Positions 25,456-39,646 of a stretch of 64,000 bases of DNA are shown here, in pieces (position 1 is the first letter of the stretch; each line of letters starts with the position of its first letter). The stretch lies in contig NC_086102.1 of assembly GCF_963921235.1 (NCBI RefSeq), positions 141,856,001-141,920,000 of the forward strand, written 5' to 3'. This DNA comes from Mobula hypostoma (Eukaryota). A program made the translations under genes and the position numbers. The notes beneath the pieces are model-generated. The model saw only the letters and a list, made by a program, of their open reading frames with translations, made no database searches and was not told the origin of the DNA.

Positions 25456-26189
25456 GAGGGGTTCCATGTGGAAATATAGGACCAGGTCATTAACACACTA
25501 GAAATGATCAAAAATGCATAATAAATGACCAATAAATTTAAGAGGATAAATACAGAAAATGCCAAGGGAAACCAGAAACAATCCAACACATTAAAGAATC
25601 CTGCAGCAGTTTAACTCAATCTAATTACTTCCACAGGCACAGACAAATGGCAAGCATCATTCACCAAAATCTTGCTTTAAAATACAAACTCATAAAAGAC
25701 ACCACACCTTACTATAAATAGAAGCCTGATTCAGTTTTAGATTCAAAATCCTACAAATTATTTTACAAGCAAGAGCAACTTATTTGATGGACATAGCCAT
25801 TCCAAACACACATAACATACTGCTCATTGTAATCATTAAGTGAAAAACACCAGAAATATGCAGAATTAAAAGAGAAATTTGAACGACTATCGAACATGAG
25901 CAGGTTATCCATTGTTCCACAGTAATATCTACAACTGAATCATCCCAAAGTCAGTACATAATAGCATTAAATTAACCTACACAGCAATGAGGTCTTCAGA
26001 GAGCCACATTACTAAACACCACTAGTATCTGGTAATTAAGTTTGATGATCTCAGAGCTAAGGTGCTGTATCAGAGGGACTTTAAGACAGCATGCATCCTC
26101 TACTTCACAGAATCCTGGTTAACTCCTTCTATACTGGACGCAGCACTTCAGATTGATGGGTTCACTATACACCATTAAGATATATCTGT

Positions 26190-28280
26190 CAACAATGAAA
26201 TCTTTTCAAACTCCTAATGAAATATATCTTGCCTTCTTTATAGCTGCATCGATATGTTGGGACTGAGTTAGATCCTCATGATCTTGACACCCAGGAACTC
26301 GAAATTACTCATTCTCTCCACTCCTGGTCACTCTATGAGGATTGGTTTGCTTTCCCTCATTATACCATTCCTGAAGTCCACCATTAGCTCTTTTATCTTA
26401 CTGCCGTTGAGTGTAGCGTTGTTGTTGCGACACCACTCAACTAGCTGGTAAATCTCACTCCTGTTTGCCCTCTCATCTCCATCTGCGCTTCTGCACAATG
26501 GTTTTGTTATCAGCAAACTTATAGGTGGCATTTGAGTTATACCTAGCCACACAGTCAAGGGTGTAGAGGGAGAAGAGCAATGGGATAAGCTCACAGCTGA
26601 GGTGCATCAGAGTTGATTGTTAGCAAGGAGGAGATGTCATTACTAATCCGTAGAGCTTGTGATCTTCCATTTAGGAAGTTTTGGATCCAATTGCAGGGGG
26701 AGATACAGAGGCCCAGGTTCTGTAGCTTATCAATCAGGACTGTGGGGATGATGCTGTTAAATGCTGAGCTATGGTCAACGAACAGCATCCAAACATAAGT
26801 GTTTGTATTGTCCAGGTAATCTAAGGCAGTGTGAAGAGCCATTGAGCTTGTGTCTGCTGTAGACCTATTGAGGTGATACGCAAATCGCAGTGGGTCCAGA
26901 TCCTTGCTGAGTTTAATCATCAGCCTCTCAAAACACTTCATTATCGTGGAAGACTCATCCCATTTATTAAGGCTGGTAGGAGCATTGAATGCACCTGCCT
27001 TAGAGCTCCTTCAGGTCTCCTCTCCACAGATGAGTGGAACATGAGGGCAGATCCCAGCAGACAGCTGAAGTTACCCTCAGAAATAAGCAAAACCTCTCTC
27101 TGGCCAGACATTGTACTGTGGTCTGCGGCTGCCAAGACAGTCCTCCTCACTGAGTTAACCACCCCATGGGAGGAAGGAGTGGAGGCTGCCTATGAGTAGA
27201 AAGGTTGATGTACTCTGACCTGGCAGCTGAGTGTAAGGAGGTAGGATGTCAGGCTTTGTCAGCGCATCGACGACAAAGTCACTCCGTGACATAGCAGTGA
27301 CCGGAGCGAGGCTCAGGAGGGCCACCAGAGCGTTGGCTGAAGAGGCAGAAAAGGGCAACTTTTGGCTGTGGCTGGAGAGGAAGGACAAAAATTAGGGGAA
27401 CCAACTAACCCTGTCAGAAGCTGCAGGGGGTGGCAAAGAGATGTCCCTGTCACTGCTCCACCACCAGGAGATGTGACAGCGTTAAGGGAGTGAAACATCA
27501 GTGAGTGGTGGTCCTCAGCTGATGACCCTGCAGCTGACCTAAGGCCAATGTAGAGGTGCGGCAGGCAGCCATCCCAAGCAGGAAATAATATCTTCCTGTA
27601 AATCTGATTAATTGTGACCGGGCGATAGTCATTGTGGCAAGTTAGCATGTTCTTCTTAGACACCAGTATAACTGAAGCCTGCTTGACGCAGGTTGGTAGC
27701 TCAGACTGCTGATGTGAGAGGTTAAAGATCTCAGTGAATTCTCCAGCCAGTTGATCCACACAGGTCTCAGGTACTCAGCCAGGTATTCCATCGGGGGCTG
27801 ATGATTTCCATGGGCTCCCCCTCCTGACGGATGCTCTCATTTCGGCCTCAGAAACTAATATCACAGGGTCATCGGGAGTGGTGGGGGTTTGTGATGGTTC
27901 CTCCATGTTTTGATGGACCAAGTGAGCATAGAAGACATTGCGCTCACCTGGAAGTGAAATTTTGTTGTCATCTCTGCCACTTGATTTTGCTTTGTTAGAA
28001 GTGATAGCATTCAAGCCCTGCCAAAGCTGATGAGCAACCTTTATTGATTCAAGTTTATTCCAGAATTGTCACTTCACTCATGAGATGACTTTCTGGAGAT
28101 TGTACCTGGACCTCTTGTAACCTCCTAGGTCATCAGACATGAATGCCTCTGATCTGGTCCTCAACAGGTAGCAGATCTCATGGTTTATCCAGGACTCCTG
28201 GTTAGAGAAGATGCTGAATGATTTTGTGGGGACACATTCATCAATGACTGTTTTTTAGTGGTCAACGACTGTTTTTATAA
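26190..28280 (-). mobile_element. Rex1/Babar-type LINE RT relic
   Basis: ORFs 26328..26941 and 27313..28014 (MKCFERL, DPLRFAY, SSAFNSIIP, LVEWCRNN, NDYRPV). Confidence 0.8.
26950..27590 (+). mobile_element. HERO-type (RLE-bearing) non-LTR 3' fragment nested in Rex1
   Basis: ORF 26873..27199 contains PDIVLWS...LLTELTTPWEE, a restriction-like endonuclease PD-(D/E)xK-type motif. A paralog lies at ~55905-56540. Confidence 0.7.
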
Positions 28281-28314
28281 ACCAACAGCTTATTGGAGGC
28301 TTATCAAAGACTTC

Positions 28315-29690
28315 CTGCTCATTTCCTGTACCCAGGAAGGCGACTCCATCTGGACTTAATGCCTACAGACCAACTTCCCCCATATCTCATCTGATGGAGG
28401 TGCTGGAGAGGCTGGTCCTCACTTACTTTGGACCACACGTGAGATCTTCATTGGACCCTCTACAGTTTGCCTACCAACCTCATGTGGGAGTGGATGATGC
28501 CATCATCTGCCTGTTGCAGAGGGCTCTCTCCCACCTGGATGACGCTGGTCTCATTGTGAGAATCCCAGTTTCTCATTTCTCTGGTGCCTTCAATACAATC
28601 CAGCCACTTCTACTGAGCAAAGTTGGAAAGGATGGGTGTAGACAAATCCACTATCTCCTGGATTACTGCCTTCCTGACAGATAGACCCCAGTTTGTACGG
28701 CTGGGTAGTTCTCTGTCTGAGGTGGTAGTGAATGGCACTGGAGCACCACAGGGACTGTCCAGTCTCTGTTTCTGTTCACACTGCACACCTCGGACTTTCA
28801 GTGCATATCTGAGTCTTGCCATTTGCCACTTTGCGGTGGCTGGGTGTATCAGAGATGAGCAGGAGTCAGAGTACAGAGGTCTGGTGGACAGCTTTGTGGA
28901 GAAGTGAGGAGAGGAATCAGCTGCTCCTGAATGTGGCCAAAACCAGGGAGATGATGATTGATTTTAGGAGGAAGAGGACTGTGACGAGTCCTGTATACAT
29001 CCCAAGAGAAGAGGTTGCGGTGGTGGAGGACTACAAATACTTGGGTGTTCACCTCGACAACAGACTTGACTAGAAAACCAATCCCAAGGCTGCTTACAAG
29101 AAGGGGATGAGCAGACTCCATATTCTAAGGAAGCTGAGATGTTGGAGATCTTTTATAAAAAAGTCAGTGTGTGCAGTCTTCCTTGCAGCTTGATATTAGC
29201 AGAGCAGCATCAGTGTTGGTGATGCAAAAAGGTTAAATAAACTCATCAAAAAGGCTGGATTTATCCTTGGCTGTTTTGGGTTAGTGGTGGAGAGGAGCTC
29301 ACTAAACAAATGGTTATTCATTATGGACAATCTGGCATATCCTCTCCATGACCAACTGAATTAGCAGCAGAGCACCCGTTCAAACAGATTCATTCAGCTC
29401 CACCGTCACAAGGGTCGCTACAGAAAATCCTTCCTACCAAGTACAATAAGCATATACAACATTTCAGCTCTGTGCGGCAGGAGAACATACATCATTGTAC
29501 AATGGTCTCTGTTTTATTACTTCATGCATTATTATTGCACACTGGTAAACTGTTGTTGTATTTATTATTCTGTACTTTACTACTAGTTAAGTTTGCACAC
29601 TGCTAAGTGTGTTTTTAAATGTTGCTGCTATAGCAAATGTATTTCCCACTCAGGATCAATAAGTATGTATTATTATTAATATTATTATTG
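28315..29690 (+). mobile_element. Rex1/Babar-type LINE, 5'-truncated
   Basis: Motifs LDPLQFAYQPHVGVDDA, FSGAFNTIQP, GAPQG, LLLNVAKTREM and YKYLGVHLD, with a (TAT)n tail. Absent at the paralogous site ~57210. Confidence 0.82.
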
Positions 29691-30133
29691 ATTATTGCCC
29701 TTTCTCATATCAGAAAATGAATTACAAGGAATGAAATATCACAGTGATGGTGAGGAAATCCAGAACGTGGAGGTAATTGAAATGCTGAGTGTATGTGTAC
29801 AGTTCTTCAATGACAGGAGAGTGGAAGACTTTGACTGTTCAACGTGTTCACCAAGAGGAGCAAACGTAATGAATGCAGGAGGTGGGAAAACTACAAGGAA
29901 CCACTGCGAAAGGAAATATTAACTCTCTCTTGGAGGATCAAGTGGGTTATGAAGGGAGAGGCAGCAGAGATTATTGAAGGTAAATCACGTCTGACTCATC
30001 TGGCTGAGTTTGCTGATAGAGGTGGCTGATCAGTGTTGCGCAGCAGAAGCTGTATAGATGGATTTTCAGAAGCTGTTTCACAGTTTAATAAGGTATGTTT
30101 AGGAAAGAGCACCAAAATGCTACTTTGATCCAG

Positions 30134-30427
30134 GTGAATGGACCTGGGTGATATGTAGCTGTGAATGTTCCTGAACTGTTTGGTTTAAACAACAATTAAA
30201 ATGATAAGAAAGCACAACTGAAAGGATCCATGAGGCAACAAATGTCTTTCTGTTGTGTTTCTGCAATAACAAAAAAAAAGGATTTTGTCACATTTTGCTG
30301 ATGTTTAATGTTGTGTCATCAGAATAACAAGAATCTGCCTAGTGAGGCCTTTCTACCCTGCATATAAATACCAACTTGTGTTAGGCAGTGAAACATTCAG
30401 CTGGTTAGCAGACTCACTGTGTTCAAT
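30134..30427 (+). promoter_or_regulatory. Proximal promoter and 5' UTR of gamma-crystallin copy 3
   Basis: TATAAATA at 30363-30370, TGCTGA at 30296. Confidence 0.7.
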
Positions 30428-32117
30428 ATGGGAAAGGCAAGGGCTACTCAGTAAATGAACTAAATGAGAATTCTTCATGAACACCTGAGCAACTAATAAC
30501 ACAGATATGTTTCTTCCCACAGATCATCTTCTACGAGGACAGAAACTTCCATGGTCGGCACTATGCGTGCAGCACCGACTGTGCCGACCTCTCCCCTTAC
30601 TTCAGCCGCTGTAACTCCATCCGTGTTGAGAGTGACTGGTGGGTGGTGTACGAGAGACCCAACTACATGGGATACCAGTATGTCCTGAGAAGGGGAGAGT
30701 ATCCTGACTACCAGCGCTGGATGGGATTCAATGACTGTGTCAGGTCCTGTCGCAGTTACCCATATGTAAGTTTCAGTGTTTTTTAGGGAATTTCATCTTT
30801 TACAGATTGGCTCTGAAAATGGAGGATTTGCTTAGCAAGTGCCTAATAGGTATTAAATATGTCCAAGTGTATTAATGTGCTTGGGTATTTCGAGGTTAAG
30901 CTGGAGGAAGTGTTGGGTCTCTTACTGAGTATTAGGGTAAATAAGCCCCAGGGTATGATGGAATATACCCCAGATTATTGTGAGAGGCAAGAGATGAGAT
31001 TGCTGGCATTTACACCAACATCTTCATGTCCTTTCTCACAGTCGGAAGTATTGCATACAGTTTTGGTCATGCCATTATGTGAACGATGTAGAGACTGGCG
31101 AGGATGCAGCAGAAGCTTATCAGGATGCTGCCTGGTTTAGAGGGTTTGTGCTATAATGAGAGATCGGACAAACTTGACGCTTTCTCTGGAGGCTGAAGGG
31201 AGATCAGATAGAGTTTTATAAGCTTATGAGAGGCAAGGATAGAGTAGACAGAAAGTACATTTTTCCCATGGCTAAAATATATCCTATCATAGGACATGTT
31301 GAACTATTTAGGGTGAGAGGGTGTGAGTTCAAAGGAGGTGTGAGGGACAAGTTTTTTACACGGAGAGGGGTGGGTGTCTGGAATGCGCTGCCTGGGGTGA
31401 TGTTGGGGACATGTTCTTCAGGGGCTTTTAACAGATTCTTAGATAGGCACATGAATGTAAGGGAAGTGGAATGATATGGACATTGCTCAGGCAGAAGGGA
31501 TTAGTTTAGTTGGCCATTTACTTTAAATAGCAAACTAAATACATTGTTTGCCACAAAACCATGGGCCAAAGAGCCTTTTCCTGTGCACTGATGTTCTACA
31601 TTCTAAATGCAGAATTTCTCATATTTCTACCTGTGTTTTCCTTTAAATTATGTTTGAACCAGCAGCAATGCCAGTTCGAGACATCGTTGAGGCAGATAAT
31701 AAATAAAATGATCAAATTGCACCTGATTTTATTTCCCATTGACGTCAATGTCCAGTCTGTGAACTGATTTTCAGAGGTAGTGTATAAGGAAAGAATACTC
31801 TGCAAAACGCCATTACTGAAACTGTGCTTTTCCTATTCCAGTACCGAGGTGGAAACTACAGGATGAGGATTTACGAGAGGCCTGACTTTGAGGGGCAGAT
31901 GATGGAATTCATGGAAGACTGTCCCTCTGTCTACGATCGTTTCCGTTACCGTGACGTCCACTCCTGTCAGGTGAAGGATGGTTACTGGATCTTCTATGAA
32001 CATCCCAACTACAGAGGCCGACAGTACTTCCTGAGACCTGGGGAATACAAGAAATACAGTGACTGGGGTGGCTACAACTCAATGATCGGGTCCTTCAGGC
32101 GCATGAGGAACTTCTAA
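30428..32117 (+). CDS. Gamma-crystallin (S-1-like), copy 3; join(30428..30436,30523..30765,31842..32117), 175 aa
   Basis: Translation MGK|[20 protein letters not shown]...RSCRSYPY|[18 protein letters not shown]...RMRNF*. Introns are 86 nt GC-AG and 1076 nt GT-AG. AATAAA at 32168-32173. Confidence 0.93.
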
Positions 32118-32361
32118 AAGCCACTCTTAAAAATCTGATTTTATTTTGTTGGAATATTTATAGAGGCAATAAAGTACCTTCGATGATTCATTTGATTGAT
32201 TTACCCTGATTCTACTGGAAATCACAATAGAACAGTAACCACAATTTGAGGACAACATTAAATTGTTTTACAAAAGTTGGTTCCAATTAGCATTATGATC
32301 ATTCATAGAAGGCTGAAAAATATGAACTTAATAGGAAGTTGTTCTTTGCCTCTTGTGTCAT

Positions 32362-34380
32362 AGGGATAGGGATAGTATCAATTCCAAAGAAGAAACATAC
32401 AAATTAGCCAGAAAAAGCAGCTCACCTGAGGACTGGGAGGAATTCAGAGTCCAGCAGAGGAGGACAAAGGGCTTAATTAGGAAAGGAAAAAAAGATTATG
32501 AAAGAAAACTGGCAGGGAACATAAAAACTGATTGTAAAAGCTTTTATAGATATGTGAAAAGAAAAAGACTGGTTAAGACAAATGTAGGTCCCTTACAGTC
32601 AGAAACAGGTGAACAGATCATGGGACATGGACATGGCAGACCAATTGAAGAACTACTTTGGTTCTGTCTTCACTAAGGAGAACATAATTAATCTTCCGGA
32701 AATAGTAGGGGACAGAGGGTCCAGTGAGATGGAGGAACTGAGCGAAATACATGTTAGTAGGGAAGTGGTGTTAGGTAAATTGAAGGGATTGAAGGCAGAT
32801 AAATTCCCAGGGCCAGATGGTCTGCATCCTAGAGTGCTTAAGGAAGTAGCCCAAGAAATAGTGGATGCATTAGTGATAATTTTTCAAAACTCGTTAGATT
32901 CTGGACTAGTTCCTGAGGATTGGAGGGTGGCTAATGTAACCCCACTTTTTAAAAAAGGAGGGAGAGAGAAACCGGGGAATTATAGACCGGTTAGCCTAAC
33001 GTCGGTGGTGGGGAAACTGCTGGAGTCAGTTATCAAAGATGTGATAACAGCACATTTGGAAAGCGGTGAAATCATCGGACAAAGTCAGCATGGATTTTTG
33101 AAAGGAAAATTATGTCTGATGAATCTCATAGAATTTTTTGAGGATGTAACTAGTAGAGTGGATAGGGGAGAACTAGTGGGTGTGGTATATTTGGATTTTC
33201 AAAAGGCTTTTGACAAGGTCCCACACAGGAGACTCGTGTGCAAACTTAAAGCACACGGTATTGGGAGTATAGTATTGATGTGGATAGAGAATTGGTTGGC
33301 AGACAGGAAGCAAAGAGTGGGAATAAACAGGACCTTTTCAGAATGGCAGGCAGTGACTAGTGGGGTACTGCAAGGCTCAGTGCTGGGACTCCAGTTGTTT
33401 ACAATATATAGTAATGACTTAGACGAGGGAATTAAATGCAGCATCTCCAAGTTTGCGGATGACACAAAGCTGGGCGGCAGTGTTAGCTGTGAGGAGGATA
33501 CTAAGAGGATGCAGGGTGACTTGGATAGGTTAGGTGAGTGGGCAAATTCATGGCAGATGCAATTTAATGTGGATAAATGTGATGTTATCCACTTTGGTGG
33601 TAAGAACAGGAAAACAGATTATTATCTAAATGGAGGCAGATTAGGAAAAGGGGAGGTACAATGAGACCTGGGTGTCATTGTACACCAGTTATTGAAAGTG
33701 GGCATGCAGGTACGGCAGGCGGTGAAAAAGGCAAATGGTATGCTGGCATTCATAGCAAGAGGGTTCGAGTACAGGAGCAGGCAGGTAGTACTGCAGTTGT
33801 ACAAGGCCTTGGTGAGACCACACCTGGAGTATTGTGTGCAGTTTTGGTCCCCTAATCTGAGGAAAGACATTCTTGCCATAGAGGGAGTACAAAGAAGGTT
33901 CACCAGATTGATTCCTGGGATGGCAGGACTTTCATATGATGAAAGACTGGATCGACTAGGCTTATACTCGTTGGAATTTAGAAGATTGAGGGGGGATCTT
34001 ATTGAAACGTATAAAATCCTAAAGGGATTGGACAGGCTAGATGCAGGAAGATTGCTCCTGATGTTGGGGAAGTCCAGAACAAGGGGTCACAGCTTAAGGA
34101 TAAAGGGGAAGCCTTTTAGGACTGAAATGAGGAAAAACTTCTTCACACAGAGAGTGGTGAATCTGTGGAACTCTCTGCCACAGGAAACAGTTGAGGTCAG
34201 TTCATTGGCTATATTTAAGAGGGAGTTAGATATGGCCCTTGTGGCTAAAGGGATCAGTGGGTATGGAGAGAGGGCAGGTACAGGGTTCTGAGTTGGATGA
34301 TCAGCCATGATCATACTGAATGGTGGTGCAGGCTCGAAGGACTGAATGGTCTACTCTTGCACCTATTTTCTATGTTTCTA
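32362..34380 (+). mobile_element. Young 5'-truncated CR1 LINE, same subfamily as 1494-4831
   Basis: RT ORFs 32609..33664 and 33692..34291 are separated by a TGA where the 1494-4831 copy has CGA. (TTTCTATG)n tail. TSD TGTGTCAT at 32354-32361 and 34381-34388. Confidence 0.92.
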
Positions 34381-35109
34381 TGTGTCATTGTGTCCATTGG
34401 TTTTGTGAATTGACTTCAGAAAAGTGTAAACAACATAAATAGAGACATGGAGTTAAACAGCACAGAAAGCAGCATTTTCTATGGTTCAAAGATTCATTTT
34501 ATTGTCAAAGTATGCATGTACAATATATCTCTGATATTTGTCTTATCCCGACAGCCATGAAATACAGAAAAACCATTGTAAACGTAACTATAAGATACTG
34601 GGTTATTTACTTAAAGCTGAGGTGTAGAGAAATTTCTTCTCAATTAACTTGGCAAATCAACCACCCAGTAAAGTTATAGGTAATAATTATGGTGTATGTG
34701 TCATCTCATAGACCTGCCTGAAATAATAATCTCAGATGTAACCTCCTTAAACATAAAGATTTCCCCAGAGTGAAGGAACCTGATGGATGACATTGGACAG
34801 GTTTTTTAAATCATGAGAAGCAGGGATAAGGTGGAGGGTTGCAGTATTTTTCACAGAGTGGATGAGTCCAAAAATAGAGGACATAGATTTAGGATGAGAA
34901 AGGAAAGAGGGGACCTGAGGAGCTAGTTTTTCACACAGAGGGTGCTGGGTAAATGGAACAAGCTACCAGAGGAATTTGTGAAGGTCGGAAGAATTTCAAA
35001 GTTTAAAAGACATTTAGACAGGTACATGGATTGCAAATATGCACCAATGCAGGCAAGTGGGACCTGCAAGTGGGTCAGCAATCGCATGGAAACACCTCCA
35101 CCTGAAAGT

Positions 35110-37650
35110 TGTTTCCACGCCACACTCACACAATTGAAGATATGGAAACACCTGAAGTTACACCGGATATGTTAACAGTGGTTTCAAAATTCCCACAACT
35201 GGCAAGTACAGACAGTGATAATATTCATAATTATTGGTATAAACTTTACTTGCCTCTATTTGTACCTATTAACACATGTCAACAAATTTCTGAAAAATCC
35301 TGAAAAAGCATCCAGATTTTTGACAGAAGTTAAAACTGATCTCTACCCTAAAGGAGAAATCACAAATGACCCATCAAGATATCATCCTGCTGCTTGTTTA
35401 CAAACTATATACAAAGCTGTATCCATCTCACAACTAATTACCACTCACTGAGAATACCACTATATACTTGTAGAAGAGCAGAAACGGTGCTGTAAGGCCG
35501 TGGAAAAATGTAAAGAACAATTGATAATAGGTTCTGTAATTCTAAATCGAGCCTGGAAGAAACACAGAAATCTTTCATGTTGTTATCTTGACTACCAAGA
35601 AGCATTTGATTCTGTTCCATACTCATGGTTACTAGAAGTCCTTAATATATATAAAATTCACACAATACTTTTGATATTCCTTCAACATCTGATATTTATA
35701 AACAACTAAAGAAGAACAACCACCATTGTCAAATAAACCGAGGCACTTTCCAGGGTGACTCTATAAGCCCACAATGGCTTTGACTAGCTGTAAACCCACT
35801 TTCCATCAGATGAAATTAGGGTACCAAATCAGAAACAACCAAATGAATTACACCTTGACTCACCTTGTATACATGGATGAATAGAAACCATGTACTCTTT
35901 CATCCATAATGCGAAAGCTATTAATTCAAATAGTAGAACTACTTTCAGAATGCATAAATATAAACTTTGGACTAGGTAAGTGCAGAATATTAAACATAAA
36001 GAAAGCGCACTAGAGCTAACTGAATACAAAACAGAGCAGCAGGATACAATACAACTGATGGAAAATTATGAAATATATCAGTATCTGGGATATCAACAAG
36101 CCAAGAAAATAGATCATAGTAAAATAAAGGGAAGTCTTTCAAAAGAATTTACTTCTAGACTTAAGAAAATCTATCAAACAGAGCTGAATAGTAAAAATAT
36201 AATAAAGGCAATAAACTCTTTAGCTACAGCCATATTAACGTACTGTTTTGGCATAAAATATTGGTATGAAACTGATCCGGAAAATTTACAAAGAAAAATA
36301 AGAACCGTAATGAGAAAATTTAGAAAACACCATGCACAGTTGAACGCACTTAGACAAGCACTCCCTAGGAGCGAATGAGAATGAGGAATAACAGACGTAA
36401 TGAATTTACGCAACAGTTGGATAAAACTTCTAACGATATAGTTTCATCAGTGAAAACAGGATTCAGTATTCCATGTGACCATGTGTAATTCAGGTAAGAA
36501 GTACACACAATTAAACTTAACAACGCAGAAAAATGAAGACATTATCACTATTGAAGAAAAAGTTAACCAATGGAAGAGCGTGACCCTCCATGGAAGACCC
36601 TCTCACATTCTGAGCAGAGTAGATATTGACAAGGAATCATTGAATGCCTGGCTCAGAGCTGGAGACAGAAACAGAAGGATTCTTGTGACAAAACAAGACC
36701 AGATGGTTAACACAAAAAAGTTATCAAAAATACCTAATTAAAAAAACAAATTCAAGACAATAAAAGCAGAAAATGCCAAGAGAAAACAAAAACAATTCAA
36801 TATGTTACAGGACCCTGTAGCTGTTTAACTCAATCTGATTACTCATACAGGCGCAATCAAGTGGGAATTATCATTCACCAAAATCAAAAGTTCAAAGGTT
36901 CAAAGGTTCATTTTATTATCAAAGTATATAACTCTGAAATTCTTCATTTTTCTGGGTAGCCATGAAACAAAGAAAGAAAAGAAAGGCAGCAGGATCATCA
37001 GCCCTCCAATCCCACCTCCCTGCAATAAAATGAAGAAAAACAAAACAAGCACATCATCACCCTCAAAATCCCTCCTCCTGCGCAAACACTGAGCTAAACG
37101 AATCGTGCACATTGACCCCCAAATCAGTCCTCCCGCACAAAAAAACTAAAACTCGCTTTAATATACAAACTCGTAAAAGACACCACACCTTAGTATAAAT
37201 CAAGCTTTATTCAATTTTAGAGTCAGAGTCCTACAAAGTATATTTGGCTTGATTTGTTATTATTGATCAGACAATCCGTTTTAATCATCTGGATATAATA
37301 ATACAAGATAAACAAACTAGAACAACTTACTTAGCAGATATTGCCCTTCCAAATACTGATAACATACAGAGCTCAACAAGTGAAGAACACCAGAAACATG
37401 CTGAATTAAAAAAGGAAATTGAATGTCTGTGGATCATGAACAAGTTATACATTGTCCCATTAGTAATATCTACAATTGGTATCATCCCAAAGCCACTACA
37501 GAATTGCATTAAACAATTTGGGCAGATACTTCTGAAATTCACAATACCAAACGGCACTAGAATAGTCTAAAAATTTCCAAGCAATTGAGAAATGAGCGTG
37601 CTTGCCTCTGTCTGAATCTCAGGCTTTACCAGCTTGAGCTGAGTGAAAAG
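35110..37650 (+). mobile_element. R4/Dong-type LINE relic (RT and RLE)
   Basis: Motifs CKEQLIIGSVI, YLDYQEAFDSVPYSWL and YQYLGYQQ, plus degenerate FQGDS and YMD remnants, CCHC-like and RLE remnants near 36760-37450. Many stop codons. Confidence 0.78.
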
Positions 37651-37659
37651 GTAGTATTT

Positions 37660-39105
37660 AGTAAATAAGCAATAAATTTTGAGAATATGAGATAATGAGA
37701 CCTTGAAGTGAGTCCATGGGTTGTGAGAATAGTTCGGTGATGAGACAAGTGCAATTGAGTGAAGTCATGTCTTCTTGTTCAAGACACTGATACTTGAGGA
37801 TTAGTAACTATTCCTAAAGCTGGTGGTGTGAATCCTGAGTCTCCAGTACCTTCTTTATGATAGCAGCAGTGAGAAGAGAGTAAGACTTGGGTGGTGGGGG
37901 TCCCAGATGATGGATGCTGCTTTCCTGCAACATCGCTGCTTGTAGATGTGCTGGGGAGGCCATATCCACTACTTTTTGTAGTATTTCCCTTGAAGAGCAT
38001 TGGTGTTTCCATACCAAGCTGTGATACAGCTAGTCAAGATACCCTCCACCACACATCCATAGAAATTTGTCGAAGTTTTGGATGTCAACCTGAATCTTCG
38101 CAATCGAGTAGTGCAGGGGGCTAGGCACAGACTTGTGGTGGACCTGTGCTGATGGAGATTGTGGAGGAGAATTTTTTTGTCAATCCAAACAGATTGGGGT
38201 CAGCTGCTTTCCTGTGACAATGCTCCATGTAGATGCGCTTAATGGTGGGGAGAGCTTTATCTGTGATGGAGTGGGCCTTATCCAGTACTCTTTGTAGTAT
38301 TTTCCCTTCGAGTGAGGAGATCAAGGATTCAATTACACGAGGATGAATTGAGGTCAATGTCTTGAAGCTTATTGATTAGTTTTGAGGGGATGATACAATT
38401 GAATGATGAGCTGTGGTCAATAAAGAGCATCCTGTTGTCCAGATCTTTGCTCTCCAGATGTTCCAGGATGGAGTGAAGTGCCAATGGATTGGAGCCTGCT
38501 GTGGAACTGTTGGAGCGGATCCAAGTTACTTCTCCGGCAGGGGTTGATGTATTTCATAACCAACCTTTCAAAACATTTCATCACTGTTGATGTAAGTGCT
38601 ACTGGATAATGGTTATTGAGACAGGTTACCATGTTCTCCTCAAACACCATCATAATTGTCATCTGCTTGAAGCAGATGGGTACTTCAGACAGTGGTTAAA
38701 TACCTCAGTGAACACTCTAGCCAGTCCATCAGCACTAGTTTTTAGTATTTGGCCAGGAGCCCCATTTGGGCTAGATGATTGCTGTGTGTTCACCCTCCTG
38801 AAGGATGCTCTCACGTTAGCCTCAGAGACTGAAATCACAGGGTCGCTGGGACATGAGGCACTTTGTGTTGGTTGTTTCGTATTTTGATGGCCAAGGTGAG
38901 CTTGATTTCATTTAGTAGGAAGTGATAGTATTCTAGCTCTGCCACAACTGTTGAGCATCCTTCACTGATTCAAGTCACTTCGCTCATGAGATGGCTTTCT
39001 GGAGATTGTACTTGGACCTCTTGTGACTTTCTTGGTCACCAGAAAAGAATAGCACTGATTTGGCCCTCAGCAGTTTGCCGATCTCATGAGTCATTCAGTG
39101 GTTCT
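37660..39105 (-). mobile_element. Rex1/Babar-type LINE relic
   Basis: ORF 38417..38662 contains YPVALTSTVMKCFERLV. Related to 26190-28280. Confidence 0.72.
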
Positions 39106-39646
39106 ATTTGGGGAAATGAATGATTTTGTAGGGACATACTCGTTTAAGACTATTTTTATACACCATCAGCTTATCAGAGGGAATTATTGATTGATCGACT
39201 TTTTTCACATCAGAAAAATGAACTAAAAAGAATGGGATATCACAAATGTGGTGACGAAATCTGGAATGTGGAGGTAATTGAAATGTTAAGTGTGTGTGTA
39301 TAGTTCTCCAATGACAGGAGAGTGGAAGGCTTTGACCGTTCAACGTGTTCAACGAGAGAAGTGATGCAAGTGGCAGAAACTACAAGGAACCACTGTGAAA
39401 GACAATATTTACTCTCACTTGGAGGATCAAGGGGGTTATGAAGGGAGAGGCAGCAAATATTATTGAAAGCAAATCACGTTTGACTCATCTGGCTGAATTC
39501 GCTCATGAAAGAATAGAGGAGGCTGATCAGTGTTGTGTAGCAGAAATTGTACAGATGGATTTTCTAAAAACGTTTGTCAGTTTAATAAGGTATCTCCTCA
39601 ATTCAGGCAGTTTGGGAAAGTGATTCAGAATGTTACATTCACCTTT

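Larger units (their letters stand above)
21041..26030 (+). mobile_element. R4/Dong-type LINE relic (3' part), interrupted by a Penelope and a CR1 insertion
   Basis: Pieces 21041-21166, 21860-22006 and 25456-26030 rejoin and align with the uninterrupted paralog at ~48650-49480. Confidence 0.7.
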
